NCBI GenBank assembly: GCA_964016885.1
Contig: OZ024742.1
Location: 134,292,001-134,356,000 of the forward strand
DNA: 64,000 nt
Origin: Eledone cirrhosa
Lineage: Eukaryota
Direction of reading: 5' to 3'
Below the pieces are notes generated by a model. That model worked only from the letters and a program-made list of their open reading frames with translations, did no database searches and was not told where the DNA came from. This document shows positions 39,001 through 52,030 of this stretch, in pieces (the first letter of the stretch is position 1; every line of letters starts with the position of its first letter). The position numbers and the translations under genes are program-made.

Positions 39001-40857
39001 AGGGCGGCTTGCTTTGGGCCCGTCTTCAGAGGCTGGATCGCTGCCATGCACAGCGACATCTGCTCTGTGGTGAGAGTGAACGGTCACCTGTCGGAACCGT
39101 TCAACATCATGCGCTCGGTCCGCCAAGGATGTCCCCTCTCGTCCCTCTTGTACGTATTGACTCTCGGGCCATTACTGCACAAACTGGAGACGTTGAGGGG
39201 CGTCCTGCGCGAACTAGGATGCGGAAGATCCGTGTCAGCGTATGCGGACGATGTCACCGTAGTGGTGTCGAACGCCAAACACATCGAGGCGATCGGCACT
39301 ACAATAAGAGAATACGAAGCGGTGACAGGAGCAATGATCAACCAGGAAAAGTCAGTGGGCCTGCAGCTCGGCACCTGGAGAGGAAGGTCCATGCCGTCCA
39401 ACAGCGTCGTCGGACGCTGGACGGACGGACCGGTTAAATTGCTAGGGGTCTGGTTCGGTCCGGACCTCCAGACGGACAAAAACTGGGACGAGGTGACGAG
39501 CAGGGTGGCTTCTCTCACCCAGAAATGGGCGGAGAGGAAGCTATCCCTGAAAGATCGAGCGGAGGTTGCTAACGCGTACATCGCGTCTGTCATCTGCTAC
39601 CGCCTGACCGTCGTACCTTGTCCTAAGCCTCGCCTGACTGCGCTGGAGCGTTTGCTCTTTCGCTTTTCGTGGAAGGGACGCGCTCCGATGGTCAGGCGGT
39701 CCATCTGTTGTCAACACCCGCTACGTGGAGGGCTGGGCATGCCGTGGCTGATAATGCGCAGGCACGCGCTCAGGCTACGACATCTCCACCTCTTCCTCGA
39801 CGGTGATCAGGTGTGGTCGCCGTTTGATAGACACGTATTTCCCCAGCTCGTTTCCTTGACGGAGCTGCAGTCCTGGGTCAAGCGAAGACCGAGAGGGAGC
39901 GCCTAAAGACTGGAATGTCTTCAGGCGCTCACAGCCCTCGACCAATCGGGCAATGTGATGGGTGGAAACTCCACCTCGGCGTTCTATAGAGGATTAGTGG
40001 AGGGGAAGAGCGACGACGTACTTGGGGAAAATCTAGGCGTCGACGAAAATCAACTAGCCAATCTCTTCGGAAGAACTTTCGGGCCAGGGCCTATGGACAA
40101 CTTCCAGAAATCTCTGGCCTGGCAGTGCTACCGAGGAGCCTTACCAGTTCGGGATATACTCTACAGGCATGGAGGTGCCGTCAGCCGGGCATGTCCGAGA
40201 TGCGCGCAGGGCGACGAAACCGTCCTGCACGCACTCGTCCAGTGTCCGAAAATTGCTGACTTGTGGGTTTATGTCGAACACCTGCTGTCGCGTTTAGGAC
40301 GGATCCGGCTATCATCTGAGTCCATCGTGAGGATTGCCCCGCCCTCCTCCTTTAGCCGGGAAGGGCAGGCAGTTTTTATCTGTCTGGTGGCCATGGCGAA
40401 AGAGATAGTATGGTGGACACGTTTGAAAGGGCTGAAGACGAGCACTTACCTCTTCGGTGATGCTCTGATTGACTTTTTCAAATTTCATTTGAAAAGGAAA
40501 ATCAGAGTAGAGAGGGAAATGCTCTCTTCCCAGTATTTACGAGAAAGATGGGTGAGAGAAGCAAGAATGGCCCGAGTGAATGGGCCTACTCTGAGTATGT
40601 ATCTGTAAATTAAAGGTGGAAAACTGGGAGAGGGCACTTGCCTTGGTGGTCAGGGTCATTTTGGCTTTTTACTTGGCTTTCTCCACAAATGTCCCTCCGA
40701 AGTCTCCCCCCTATTGGGGAATTTTTCATTGTTATTTTTTGTCACACCCTCTGTTTTTTGTTTTTTACACGCAGAAATGCCCATTTGTACCGTCCTGTTT
40801 TGTCCTGCACTGTCCTTAATGTCTACTTTATGTAAACCCTTGTGGTTAATAAAGAAA

Positions 40858-40860
<3 letters not shown>
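36033..40860 (+). mobile_element. Tx1/L1-type LINE copy 1 (APE domain deleted at about 37980)
   Basis: ORF1 CCHC knuckle CFRCGSKTHLRAFC; RT motifs KSPGLDG, DQSKAFDRV, VRQGCPLS, AYADD; C-terminal CPRC..ETVLHALVQC. Confidence 0.92.
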
Positions 40861-40901
<41 letters not shown>

Positions 40902-43900
40902 GAATGCTATAGTTGACGGAGGCTCGGCTCTGTAAGGCATTGTAAATTTTGAACACTATAACAATTGTAAATTGTTTAAAACTTTAACGAACTTGTAGAC
41001 AAAAACACCCTCCTCCTCGTGAGAGGGGTCTTTCTGCCCGTTATTTGGCCCTTCGGGGTTAAATAACTGCTTATTGGGGTTTTGTACCCAATATTTATTT
41101 TAAACAAAAAAAAAAACAACATGGCTACAAAAAAGAAATTTCATAGGTCACTCCCACTCATTCCGTCTTCTTCTTCCTCAATCATCACTACAGCAGAGAG
41201 AAGATTGTCTCTCTCCCTCCCTTCTTTAAATGTGTCTCTCTCCCTCCCTTCTCTTTCGCAAGCGATGAAAGAAAAGAAAAGTCTCGTGCAAAGCGTGCAA
41301 GGTTTCTCCACGACGACGACGACAGCGACGAAACAGGTGTGCGGGAAATACGAAAACCCAGTTCATTCGTCTGACGTCAGGAATAATAGCAGTAGCAGCC
41401 GTAATAACAACAGCAACAGTGACAATGAAAACAACAGTAGCAGCCGCAACAGCATCACCAGCAGCATAAACAACAACAGCATTAGCAGCAGCAACAACAA
41501 CAACAACCACAGCAACAGCGGCGGAGGCAATAGTCGTAGTACCTGCAGCAACAACAAAAGTAACAGAAGCTCTGACGACAACAACAACAACAGCAGCAAA
41601 GAAAAACCAATCTCATTTGCAGGTATTGCGAAAAACTTGGAAACAATCCTCATAACAAATGAGGAATTAGAGGAAGCGAAGAAGATGGTGACAAAGACTG
41701 GACACCGAGCAATCTGCAAGGCAGTGGAAACATTTTTTGAATCCCAACAGCACTGTACGGTCACGTACCGTACAGTAAGTACAAAATCCCGTAGGGTGGA
41801 AAGAGCCACAGACGCTCAAATACAAAAAGCCTTGGGGTCTGTGTGGCAGCGGAAAACGCACATCACCCGAGGCAAAAAATATGCCACCGTAGACGTACTT
41901 TTTGCCACACCCCAGGAGGCAAAGGCCCAATCCGTAGTGATCATAAGGAGCGAGGTAATGGTGTTGGTGCCCTCCTACTGCGGGCAAAAAATTGTGAGGG
42001 TCAAATCGACCCCCCCCCCCACCGAATGGCCCCTTCTTGGCTGGCCGCGTCTGTCCTCGTCGGAATCGAGGACAAAACAACTGTACTGCAAGTACAGAAA
42101 AAGTTAGAGAAGATTGGGTCGGCACCTCCATTGAGATGCTAATCCAAACCAACCAGGAGTGCATCGAAGCTATCCCGGATGTCATAGACTTCGATAACGG
42201 CACTTAACTGCCCATAAGTGTTGAGGGAAAACGCCCGAAATGCTTTCGCTGTGGATCGAAGACTCACCTCAGGGCCTTCTGCAACGAGAAAACCCTGAGA
42301 AAGGAGAAAACCCCCTCCTTCCGAAACCGTCTCCACAGCTACCAGCAACAGGACAAGCGGTTACCAGGAACGATAGGTCCGTGGCACCCATACCCACGCC
42401 ACGGAAATTAAAAACAGCAGCAGCAGTGGAAATATTAACAACAACAACAGCAATACCAAATGCAGCTGCAACAGAGACTCCATTGCAAACATCACCAACA
42501 ACAACAAGTGAAAGAGTGGATCTGGTACCCCTCCCGACCTCACAGAATCAGACATGGAGGGTGAGGTGGGAGAGGGATGGCAAAAGGTCGTAAGAAGGCA
42601 CACACGCAGAAGCAGCGCATCGTCGCCTTTGAAAAGGGAGGAAAGAAATGAGAAAAGGGTAAAGTCTACTGCAAAGAGACCCACAGCAGCAACACCACCA
42701 ACACCATCACCACCCACACTAGCACCACTATCACCACCGGCGACAACCCCACCGCCAACAACACCTTCAACACCACCACCACAAGCACCAACATCGCAAA
42801 CACAACAACAAAACACACACACCCAGCAACAACGACAAGAAAATAGTAGAACCACACCCCACCCCCAGAAAAACAAATGCACGGCAATAAATACACACAA
42901 CAAGAAACTAATGACTTACATAATTGAACACACAGACATTTCACAACACGACTACATAATACCAGCACCAATCAAAACACCAACTAACATAAGACTGCTA
43001 AAAATAGCACAGAAACAATACACAAACATTAAAACGAAATTCCCCAACGCAGTTGGTGATTTCAGGGACCTAGGAGGAACTATCAATCGAAGAGTATATT
43101 CAGACATTCTCATAGAAGAGCCGACGAACAGCCGAAGGGACGATTCAACGGTCCCTTCACCAGACGATCAAGTGAAAAGGGATGTAAAAACCATCCCTCC
43201 TCTACCAAAAGTACGGTAAGTGGTCTTTCCCATCTTTTCCACTCTATTTTAAACATGACCTCACTAAGAATAGGCAGCATAAATGCGCGTGGCTTGGGGT
43301 TGTCATGGGAGCAGGGTCACCTGCTCAACGACCTCAGGTCACTAAACATAGATGTAGTGGCCATCAGCGAGACCAGAATCTCCGAAGCACGGGCCTTCGC
43401 ACCGACCTTCGGCGGCTACGATGTGTACGCATCTCCCAGCCGTTCTGGATCGGGGGGCGGAGTTGCTGTGCTTTTTCGGAGAGGTTTGAATCTCGCCATA
43501 CGGGCCATCTTCCTGGACCCAGAGGGTAAGCTGGTGGTGCTGGACGTGACCAGCGGAGACGGGCAAGCTTTCAGGCTAGTGGCCGTCTATGCCCCGACAG
43601 GAGCAGGGAGGCCTGATTTCTTCCGGCGTCTGGAGACCTTTCTTGGAACGTCCCGCTCTTTAGTGTTAGTGGGCGACTGGAACGGGATCTTAGATGCACG
43701 GTGGGACTGTGTGGGATTAGCGGATAGGGGTGGAGGGTGCAAGAGCCTCACCAACCTGCTCAGGCGTTTTGAACTGTCTGACAGGTACCGATTGGATTTC
43801 CCGAATGTGCCAATGTGGACTTGGCAAATCGTATAGGGTCATCCAGATCATATCTAGATAGAGTATTTTGTAGGGAAATAGATAGGTCTAGCATAGGCTG

Positions 43901-45674
43901 TCCACAATTCAAGATAGTCAGCTACACGGACCACAAATTCGTGATCTGTGTGCTTGAATTAGATAGGCTTCATAGACGAGGACCCGGCTACTGGAAGCTA
44001 AACGCGTCCTTACCAGCGCGCAAGGCCTACAGAGACCGGATTAGCGAACTAGTTAAGCGGGCGTTGACGGGGGCCATCGTCAACAACAAGTGGTGGTTTG
44101 CTCTGAAAAGAGCGATTAGAATAGAATCCATTAGGTTTAGTAAGGCTTTAGCAATAGAGAAAAATAGAGCAGAGGGAGAACTAGTTAGAAAATTAGACGA
44201 GGCGCTTAGCAAAGGCATTGCGACCGACGTGCCTGCGGCGAAATTGGCCCTTGACCAATTCTTCAATGCAAAGCACGAAGGCTGCGTTGTCAGAGCAAGG
44301 GTGCGTGCTCTCAGACACGAGGGGACGAAAGCCGTTCAATGGGCCCGAGTGGCGGAGGCGCGTCGTGGCAACAAAGCCACGATCCGGTCTTTGGTGGAAA
44401 ACGACGGGCGCATGCTACTCGATCCCGGGCAAATGTGTGAAGCTTTTCAGCGACGATTCGCTCAGATGTTCGGGGGCAGCGGTGGGCCGGGTCGAGGGAT
44501 GGACTTTAGTGTCTACCTCGACGGACTGCCGCGGCTCTCGGCCACTGAGGCGAGGTGTTGCGAAAAGCCGATAACAGCCGCTGAAGTAAGGGAGGCAATG
44601 ACTGGCTGCACAAGGGGTAAATCGCCTGGTTTGGATGGTCTGCCCTATGAACTTTACGTACAGATGCCAGGCTTGTTCGGAGGCCTCTTGGCGGACGTCT
44701 ACTGCAACTGGCAACATAACGGGAGAATTCCCAGTTCTGTGAGCCGAGGAGCGGTGGCACTGCTGAGAAAGGATCCGAACAAGGGGGATAACATAGACAA
44801 TTTCCGGCCCATAACTCTGCTAAACACAGAGTTCAAGGTTTTGGCCAAGGTGTTAGCAAAGAGGTTGGCGCTTGTCGTTGGCGGTCTGGTGGGAGAGGCG
44901 CAGACATGCGCCATTCCCGACAGATCCATCCACGAGAACCTCCACCTCATGCGATACATCGTAGGGAGGGTAACTAGGGAACCTGGCACGGGTGGGTCCT
45001 TGATCAATTTAGATCAGTCGAAAGCTTTCGATAGGGTCGACCATCGTTACCTAGCCGCAGTCCTGAGGGCGGCTGGCTTTGGGCCCGTCTTCAGAGGCTG
45101 GATCGCTGCCATGCACAGCGACATCTGCTCTGTGGTGAGAGTGAACTGTGACCTGTCGGAACCGTTCAACATCATGCGCTCGGTCCGCCAAGGATGTCCC
45201 CTCTCGTCCCTCTTGTACGTATTGACTCTCCAGCCATTACTGCACAAACTGGAGACGTTGAGGGGCGTCCTGCGCGAACTAGGATGCGGAAGATCTGTGT
45301 CAGCATATGCGGACGATGTCACCGTAGTGGTGTCGAGGGAAGTGCTCTCTTCCCAGCATTTTGTTGAAAAATGGGTGAGAGAAGCAAGTATGGCCCGAAT
45401 GAATGGGCCTACTCTGAGTATGTGTCTGTAAATTAAAGGTGGAAAACTGGGAGAGGGCACTTGCCCTGGTGGTCAGGGTCACTGTGGTCTTTTAATGGGC
45501 TTTCTCCACAAATGTCCCTCGGAAGTCTCCCCCCTATTGGGGAATTTTTCTTTGTTATTTTATTTCATCCTCTGTTTTTTTTACACGCATAAATGCCCAT
45601 TTGTACCGTCCTGTATTGTCCTGTACTGTCCTTAATGTCTACTTTATGTAAACCCTTGTGGTTAATAAAGAAAA

Positions 45675-45675
<1 letters not shown>
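40902..45675 (+). mobile_element. Tx1/L1-type LINE copy 2 (deletion after YADD at about 45336)
   Basis: ORF1 at about 41121-43219; APE motifs SINARGL, ISET, VYAP, VGDWN, YLDRV, TDHK, YWKLN; RT up to AYADD. Confidence 0.93.
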
Positions 45676-45735
<60 letters not shown>

Positions 45736-45738
45736 TTT

Positions 45739-48357
45739 GAATGCCGTGGTTGACGGTGGCTCGGCTCTGTAAGGGATATTAATGTTTAACCGCTGTAACA
45801 ATTGTAAAACTTTAAAAACTTTAACGAAATTGTAGATAAAAACACCCTCCTCCTCGTGAGAGGGGTCTTTCTGCCAGTTATATGGCCCTTCGGGGTTAAA
45901 TAACCGCTTATTGTGATTTTGTGCCCAATATTTATTTTAAACAAAAAAACATGGCTACAAAAAATAATTTTCACAAGTCACTCACACTCATTCCGTCTTC
46001 CTTTATCTTCACTACAGCAGAGAGAAGATTGTCTCTCTCCCTCCCTTCTCTAAATGTGTCTCTCTCCCTCCCTTCTCTTTTGCAAGCGACGCCATGAAAG
46101 AAAAAGAAAAATTGAGTTTCTGATAGCGTTCACCAAGAGCACGTGCATTTCGTGGAACATTTCTCCACGACGACGACAACGATGAAAAATGTGTGCGGTA
46201 AATACGGAAAGCCATTTCATTCGTCTGACGTCATGAAGAATAGCAGTAGCAGCCGTAATAACAGCAGCAGCAGCAACAGTGACAAGGAAAACAGTAGTAG
46301 CAGCCGCAACAACATCAACAGCAGCAACAGCAACAACAACAGCAGCAGCAGCAACAACAACAACATCCGCAGCAACAGCGGCGGCGGCGGTCGTAGTACC
46401 AGCAGCAACAACAAAAGTAACAGCAGCTCTGATAACAACAACAAGAACAACAAGAAAGAAAAAACAATCTCGTTTACAGGTATCGCTAAGAACCTGGAAA
46501 CCATCGTCATAACAAATGAGGAATTACATGAAGCAAAGAAGATGGTGACGAAAACCGGACCAGCCGAAGCGACATATAATTTGTGGTGAGAGTGAACGGT
46601 CACCTTTCGGAACCGTTCAACATCATGCGCTCGGTCCGCCAAGTTTGTCCCCTCTCGTCCCTCTTGTACATATTAACTCTCAAGCCATTACTGCACAACC
46701 TGGAGACGTTGAGGGGGATCCCGCGCGAACTAGGATGCGGAAGATCCGTGTCAGCATATGCGGACGATGTCAGCGTAGTGGTGTCGAACGTCAAACGCAT
46801 TGAGGCGATCGGCACTACACAAGAGACGACGAAGCGGTAGCAGGAGCAATGATCAACCAGGAAAAGTCAGTGGGCCTGCAGCTAAGCACCTGGAGAGGCA
46901 GGTCCATGCCGTCCAACATCGTCGTCGGGCGCAGGACAGACGGACCGGTTAAATTGCTAGGGGTCCGGTGAGGTCCGGACCTCCAGACGGACAAAAACTG
47001 GGACGAGGTGACGAGCAGGGTGGCTTCTCTCACCCAGAAATGGGCTGAGAGGAAGCTATCCCTGAAAGGTCGAGCAGAAGTGGCTAACGCGTACATCGCG
47101 TCCGTCATCTACTACCGCCTGACAATCGTACCTTGTCCTTAGCCCAGCCTGACTGCGAGGGAGCGTTTGCTCTTTCGCTTTTTGTGGAAGGGAAGCGCTC
47201 CGGTGTTCAGGCGGTCCAACTGCTGTCAACACCCGCTACGTGGAGGGCTAGGCATGCCGTGGCTGATAATGCGCAGACACGCGCTCAGGCTACGACATCT
47301 CCACCTCTTCCTCGACGGTGATCAGGTGTGGTCGCCGTTTGCTAGACGCGTCTTTCCCCAGTTCGTCTCCTTGACGGAGCTGCAGTCCTGTGTCAAGCGA
47401 AGACCGAGATGGAGTGCTTGGAGACTGGAATGTCTTCAGGCGCTCACAGACCTCGACCAGTCGGGCAATGTGATCGGTGGAAACTCCACCTTGGCGTTCT
47501 ATAGAGGATTAGTGGAGAGAAAGAGCAACGACGTACTTGGAGAAACTGTAGGCGTCGACGAAAATCAACCAGCCAATCACTTCGGAAGAATTTTCGGGCC
47601 GGGGCCTATGGACAACTTCCAGAAATCCCTGGCTTGGCAGTGCTGCCGAGGAGCTTTGCCAGTTCGGGATAAACTCTACAGGCATGGAGGTGCCGTCAGC
47701 CGGGCATGTCCGAGATGCGCGCAGGTCGACGAAACCGTCCTGCACGCACTCGTCCAGTGTCCGAGCATTGCTGACTTGTGGGTTTATGTCGAACACCTGC
47801 TGTCACGTGTAGGACGGATCCAGCTGAGTCCATCGTGAGGTTTGCCCCGCCCTCCTCCTTTAGCCGGGAAGGGCAGGCAGTTTTTATCTGTCTCGTGGCC
47901 ATGGAGAAAGAGATAGTATGGTGGACACGTTTGAAAGGGCTGAAGACGAGCACTTACCTCTTCGGTGATGCTCTGATTAATTTTTACAAATTTCATTTGA
48001 AAAGGAAAATCAGCGTAGAGGGGGAAGTGCTCTCTTCCCAGCATTTTGTTGAAAGATGGGTGAGAGAAGCAAGTATGGCCCGAGTGAATGGGCCTACTCT
48101 GAGTATGTGTCTGTAAATTAAAGGTGGAAAACTGGGAGAGGACACTTGCCCTGGTGGTCAGGGTCACTGTGGCCTTTTAATGGGCTTTCTCCACAAATGT
48201 CCCTCGGAAGTCTCCCCCCCCCCCACTTGTTATTTATTGTTACATCCTCTGTTTTTTGTTTTTTTACACGCAGAAATGCCCATTTGTAACCTCCTGTATG
48301 GTCCTGTACTGTCCTTAATGTCTACTTTATGTAAACCCTTGTGGTTAATAAAGAAAG
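45739..48357 (+). mobile_element. Tx1/L1-type LINE copy 3 (large deletion joining ORF1 to RT at about 46560-46580)
   Basis: Diverged 5' UTR and ORF1 start, then RT 3' half, zinc finger and 3' UTR. Confidence 0.9.
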
Positions 48358-48438
48358 CATGCACTGGGTAATTGCTGGCCTTGTGCCAAAAGTAGAAACA
48401 TTTATTATTATTATTATTATTATTATTGTTATTGTTAT

Positions 48439-51400
48439 TCCTTGAATCTCAGTCATTGATGTTGGTTAACTGGAAAGTCCGTTGGATTGAATATCAAGCC
48501 ACTACCTGCAGCCTCAGATATTCAGGACGTATCGGAGGGTTCTTGCTGTTCCAAGCAAGCATGCCTTTTGAAGCGTTCCAAAAAGCGTGAAGGGGCCGAT
48601 TTTCTTTAACCATCCCTGGAAACCTTTGGAGATAGTCCCCAGTGCGCCTATGACAATCGGGATCACTTTTCACCTCCCACTTTAGGTCCTGGTATCGGTT
48701 AATTTTCTCCCTCTCCTTCTCTTGCACTCTCGTGTCGAACGGGCAGGCCACATCCACAATCAGGCACGATCTTTTTTCTTTGTCCACAACCACCAGGTCA
48801 GGTCTATTGTGTTCCAGTTTTTTGTCCGTCTGTATCCTAAAATCCCACAGCACCTTCACCTGACTGTTCTCCATCACCGCCTCTGGCCTATGCTCATACC
48901 ATTTCTCAGAATGTGGTAGATTGTTTACTTTGCCCAGGTGCCAGTGGATCACCCTGCCCATCACATCGTGTCTCCAGCCCTTATAGTGGGTCTGGGCTAG
49001 GTGTTTACACTCGGACACAATGTGAGCCACAGTCTCCTCTCTCTCTCCACAGATCCTGCACAGTGGGCTAGCCTCCTCCTTGTAGATATGGTGCTTCAAC
49101 CACTTCGTTTTGAGGGCCTGCTCCTGCGCAGCCATTAGCATTCCTTCTGTAGCCTTTTTGAGGTCTCCTCTTCTCAACCAGTTCCATGTCTGTGGATCTC
49201 TAAATTCAGTTTTCTCAAAGAAGGTACTATGAAGGGATTTTCCCTTAAGGCTGCTCTTCCTCCTTGATGTTATTTCCTCCTTGGACATCCCCTGGCCTAC
49301 TGTCCTCTCCTTCAGTACAGTTCTGAGCATTGGCTCCTTACTATAGGTCACGTATTTGTATAGGTTGTTTTTCTCCATCTGGACACAGTCCTCTATGCTG
49401 ATAAGACCTCTTCCACCCTCAGATCTTCTTAGGTAGAGTCTATCGACATCACTCCTCTTGTGGAACATGTTGTAGATAGTCAATAGCTTCCTAGTCTTCC
49501 TATCCATTTCTTTTTGTTCAGCAACATTCCATCTCAGAATTCCCGCACTGTACCTAATAATAGACACAGCTCGGGAATTTACTGCGCTTATGGCATTTCT
49601 GCTGTTCAGATGTGACTTCAATACGCTCCTTACTCTCCGAATGTATTCAGTTCTTAACAATTCCTTCATTTTTTTGTTCTTTATGCCATCAGCCTCCAGA
49701 ACGCCCAAGTACTTGTATCCTTCCTCAGAGTCAATTTCCTTTATCATCTCACCTGTTGGTATCTGGATCCCGTTACTTCTGCTCAACCTACCCCTCTTCA
49801 TCACAATGACTCCACATTTACCAATACCAAACTGCATACATATATCACTGCTGAAAATACGGACAGTGTCAACAAGCACATCCAACTCCTTCTCACTTTT
49901 CCCGAAGAGCTTAAGATCGTCCATGAAGAGGAGGTGATTGTTGGTAAGCTCTCCCCTTCCCAACTTGTATCCTGCTCTCACTTTTCGCAGCATAATGGTC
50001 AAGGGCATCAGGGCAGGGACAAACAACAGAGGGGACAGGCTATCTCCCTGGAAGATACCTCTATTGATCTTCACGCTTCCCAAGGATACTCCAGTTGATG
50101 TCAACTCTGTCTCCCAGGACCCCATACTCCTGCCCAGCAACTGTCTGATGTTATCTGCCACCCTGAAGACCTCCAGGCTTTTGGTGATCCAGGAATGAGG
50201 CACCATGTCAAATGCCTTTCTGTAGTCTATCCATCCCATGGCAAGATCAGTGTGTCTCCTCCTGCAATTCCCCATTACCATCTTATCAATAAGCAACTGG
50301 TCCTTTGTACCACGTGACTTCTTTCGGCATCCTTTCTGTTCGTCCGGTAACAAGTTGTTTGTGTGGAGGTGATGGTAGATTTCCTCAGACACAATGCTCG
50401 TCAACAGTTTCCACATTACGGGCAGACATGTGATAGGTCTATAGTTGGTAACATCATTACCCTTGATTCGGTCTTTCATTATCAGAACTGTGGTACCTTT
50501 TGTCAACCACTCTGGCACCTCACCCGACACCAAGCAGTCATTGAACATGGCCGTCAGCTTCGGGTGGAGGGATGTTAAATGTTTAATCCAATACCCCTGC
50601 ACACCATCTGGGCCTGGTGATTTCCAGTTGGTTAGTTTTTTGGCTTGCCCCTTAAGAGTTTCAACTGTGATACTCAAATCAGTCTGTTGTTGTGCCTTCT
50701 CACCGATCTCCCTCTGTACTGTCTCAATCCACCCTGCCTGGGCATTGTGTCTAACATCCTGCTCCCATATTCCTCTCCAGAATGTTTTAGCTTGTTCCGC
50801 CCCAGGGATCAAGTCGTTGCCTCTTTCTTTCCCCTCAAGCTGTCCAAACAGCATCTTCTGGTTGTTGTCGAACATGCGGTTCTGTTTATACTGACTGACT
50901 CTGTTCTCGTATCGCCTGATTTTGGCACTCTTTGCTACAATGCGTTGCTTCAATTTCTCTATGATAATATTTAGCTTTTTACTCCTAGTTTTGTATTTTA
51001 TTTCCTGTCTATTTTTAGTGCCTATGTTTTTTAGTGTCCCATTCAGTAGTGACTCAAGCTTTCCTATGTCATTTCTCATTTGCCCGATTTGCCCACTCAG
51101 TCGCTTCTTCCACCACGGCTCTGCTCTTTCTTGTCTGTTGTTTCCTCTCGCTTTTATACCAAGTAGTTTCCTCACCGTATTTGCTGTTGCTTTGAGGATA
51201 TTGTTGCACTGGTGAAGACTCCTCGCCTCAAGGTATGGGATGACTTTGTTTACCTTAGCTGTTGTTTCTTTTAACTTTTTCCTGTCTACAAATCTTAGGT
51301 TCATAGGTCTCCCACTATCATTGTTCAATTCATCTACCACTAGATTTAGGATGTCAACCGAATCTTGTCCTAGCCCGTCAGCATTCATCTCCTCAGTGGC

Positions 51401-52030
51401 CGTATCTCTGTTCCAGGTATTATTTATCTCAGTATTCAGATCATTGTCTGCTTCGGGTGGTTCCTCCGTTCTCAGGACCTCCTCACCTTCATTTCCCACT
51501 GGCTCGCTTGTCTGGCATACTACACCCGCCATCTCCAAGCCATTCTCTCTGCTCAGTTCCTCCAGTTCCAGCTCGCTTATCCACCCATTAGTTCTTATTA
51601 CCCGAGCCTGCCCGGCCAATTTTTGTTCATCTAATTTAAATAAACCAATCTCGTTCCAGATGTTATGCATCCGTCTCCTGTAGCCCCTCTCCTTGGGGTT
51701 ACTTTTCAGGTAGCATTGCATAACAGTTCTATTCAATTCTTTCGTCCAGTTGGTTCTGGCCCCTTTCCTTCTTCTTCTTCCTCCAACATCAGCAGTATTT
51801 GGTTGACAGTCAGGTTCCTGCTGCTGAGCCAGGGGGCACCTGTTGGGTGAGAGTCTGTCACATGACGTTCTAGTCTCCATTTCACCGTTATTCGAACTGT
51901 TTATGTTCGATATTTAAACACTCTTATCGAGGATTGGCGAATGTATGTTTACATAGCCATCTGTGGATCCGCCATCCCACTTGGCCCTTGTGTGGCATTA
52001 TCACCACGCTGTATACGAACACACATAAAC
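48439..52030 (-). mobile_element. R4/Dong LINE family A, near intact
   Basis: Single long ORF; (TAA)n at the 3' end. Confidence 0.93.
48494..51880 (-). CDS. Retrotransposon RT, CCHC and restriction-like endonuclease protein (1128 aa; extreme C-terminus frameshifted)
   Basis: WKSPGPDGV, IDYRKAFD, GIFQGDSLSP, LFMDDLKL, CRICGEREETVAHIVSEC, RHD and RPDLVVVD..VDVACP..KINRY. Confidence 0.9.
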   Translation of the reverse strand: METRTSCDRLSPNRCPLAQQQEPDCQPNTADVGGRRRRKGARTNWTKELNRTVMQCYLKSNPKERGYRRRMHNIWNEIGLFKLDEQKLAGQARVIRTNGWISELELEELSRENGLEMAGVVCQTSEPVGNEGEEVLRTEEPPEADNDLNTEINNTWNRDTATEEMNADGLGQDSVDILNLVVDELNNDSGRPMNLRFVDRKKLKETTAKVNKVIPYLEARSLHQCNNILKATANTVRKLLGIKARGNNRQERAEPWWKKRLSGQIGQMRNDIGKLESLLNGTLKNIGTKNRQEIKYKTRSKKLNIIIEKLKQRIVAKSAKIRRYENRVSQYKQNRMFDNNQKMLFGQLEGKERGNDLIPGAEQAKTFWRGIWEQDVRHNAQAGWIETVQREIGEKAQQQTDLSITVETLKGQAKKLTNWKSPGPDGVQGYWIKHLTSLHPKLTAMFNDCLVSGEVPEWLTKGTTVLIMKDRIKGNDVTNYRPITCLPVMWKLLTSIVSEEIYHHLHTNNLLPDEQKGCRKKSRGTKDQLLIDKMVMGNCRRRHTDLAMGWIDYRKAFDMVPHSWITKSLEVFRVADNIRQLLGRSMGSWETELTSTGVSLGSVKINRGIFQGDSLSPLLFVPALMPLTIMLRKVRAGYKLGRGELTNNHLLFMDDLKLFGKSEKELDVLVDTVRIFSSDICMQFGIGKCGVIVMKRGRLSRSNGIQIPTGEMIKEIDSEEGYKYLGVLEADGIKNKKMKELLRTEYIRRVRSVLKSHLNSRNAISAVNSRAVSIIRYSAGILRWNVAEQKEMDRKTRKLLTIYNMFHKRSDVDRLYLRRSEGGRGLISIEDCVQMEKNNLYKYVTYSKEPMLRTVLKERTVGQGMSKEEITSRRKSSLKGKSLHSTFFEKTEFRDPQTWNWLRRGDLKKATEGMLMAAQEQALKTKWLKHHIYKEEASPLCRICGEREETVAHIVSECKHLAQTHYKGWRHDVMGRVIHWHLGKVNNLPHSEKWYEHRPEAVMENSQVKVLWDFRIQTDKKLEHNRPDLVVVDKEKRSCLIVDVACPFDTRVQEKEREKINRYQDLKWEVKSDPDCHRRTGDYLQRFPGMVKENRPLHAFWNASKGMLAWNSKNPPIRPEYLRLQVVA

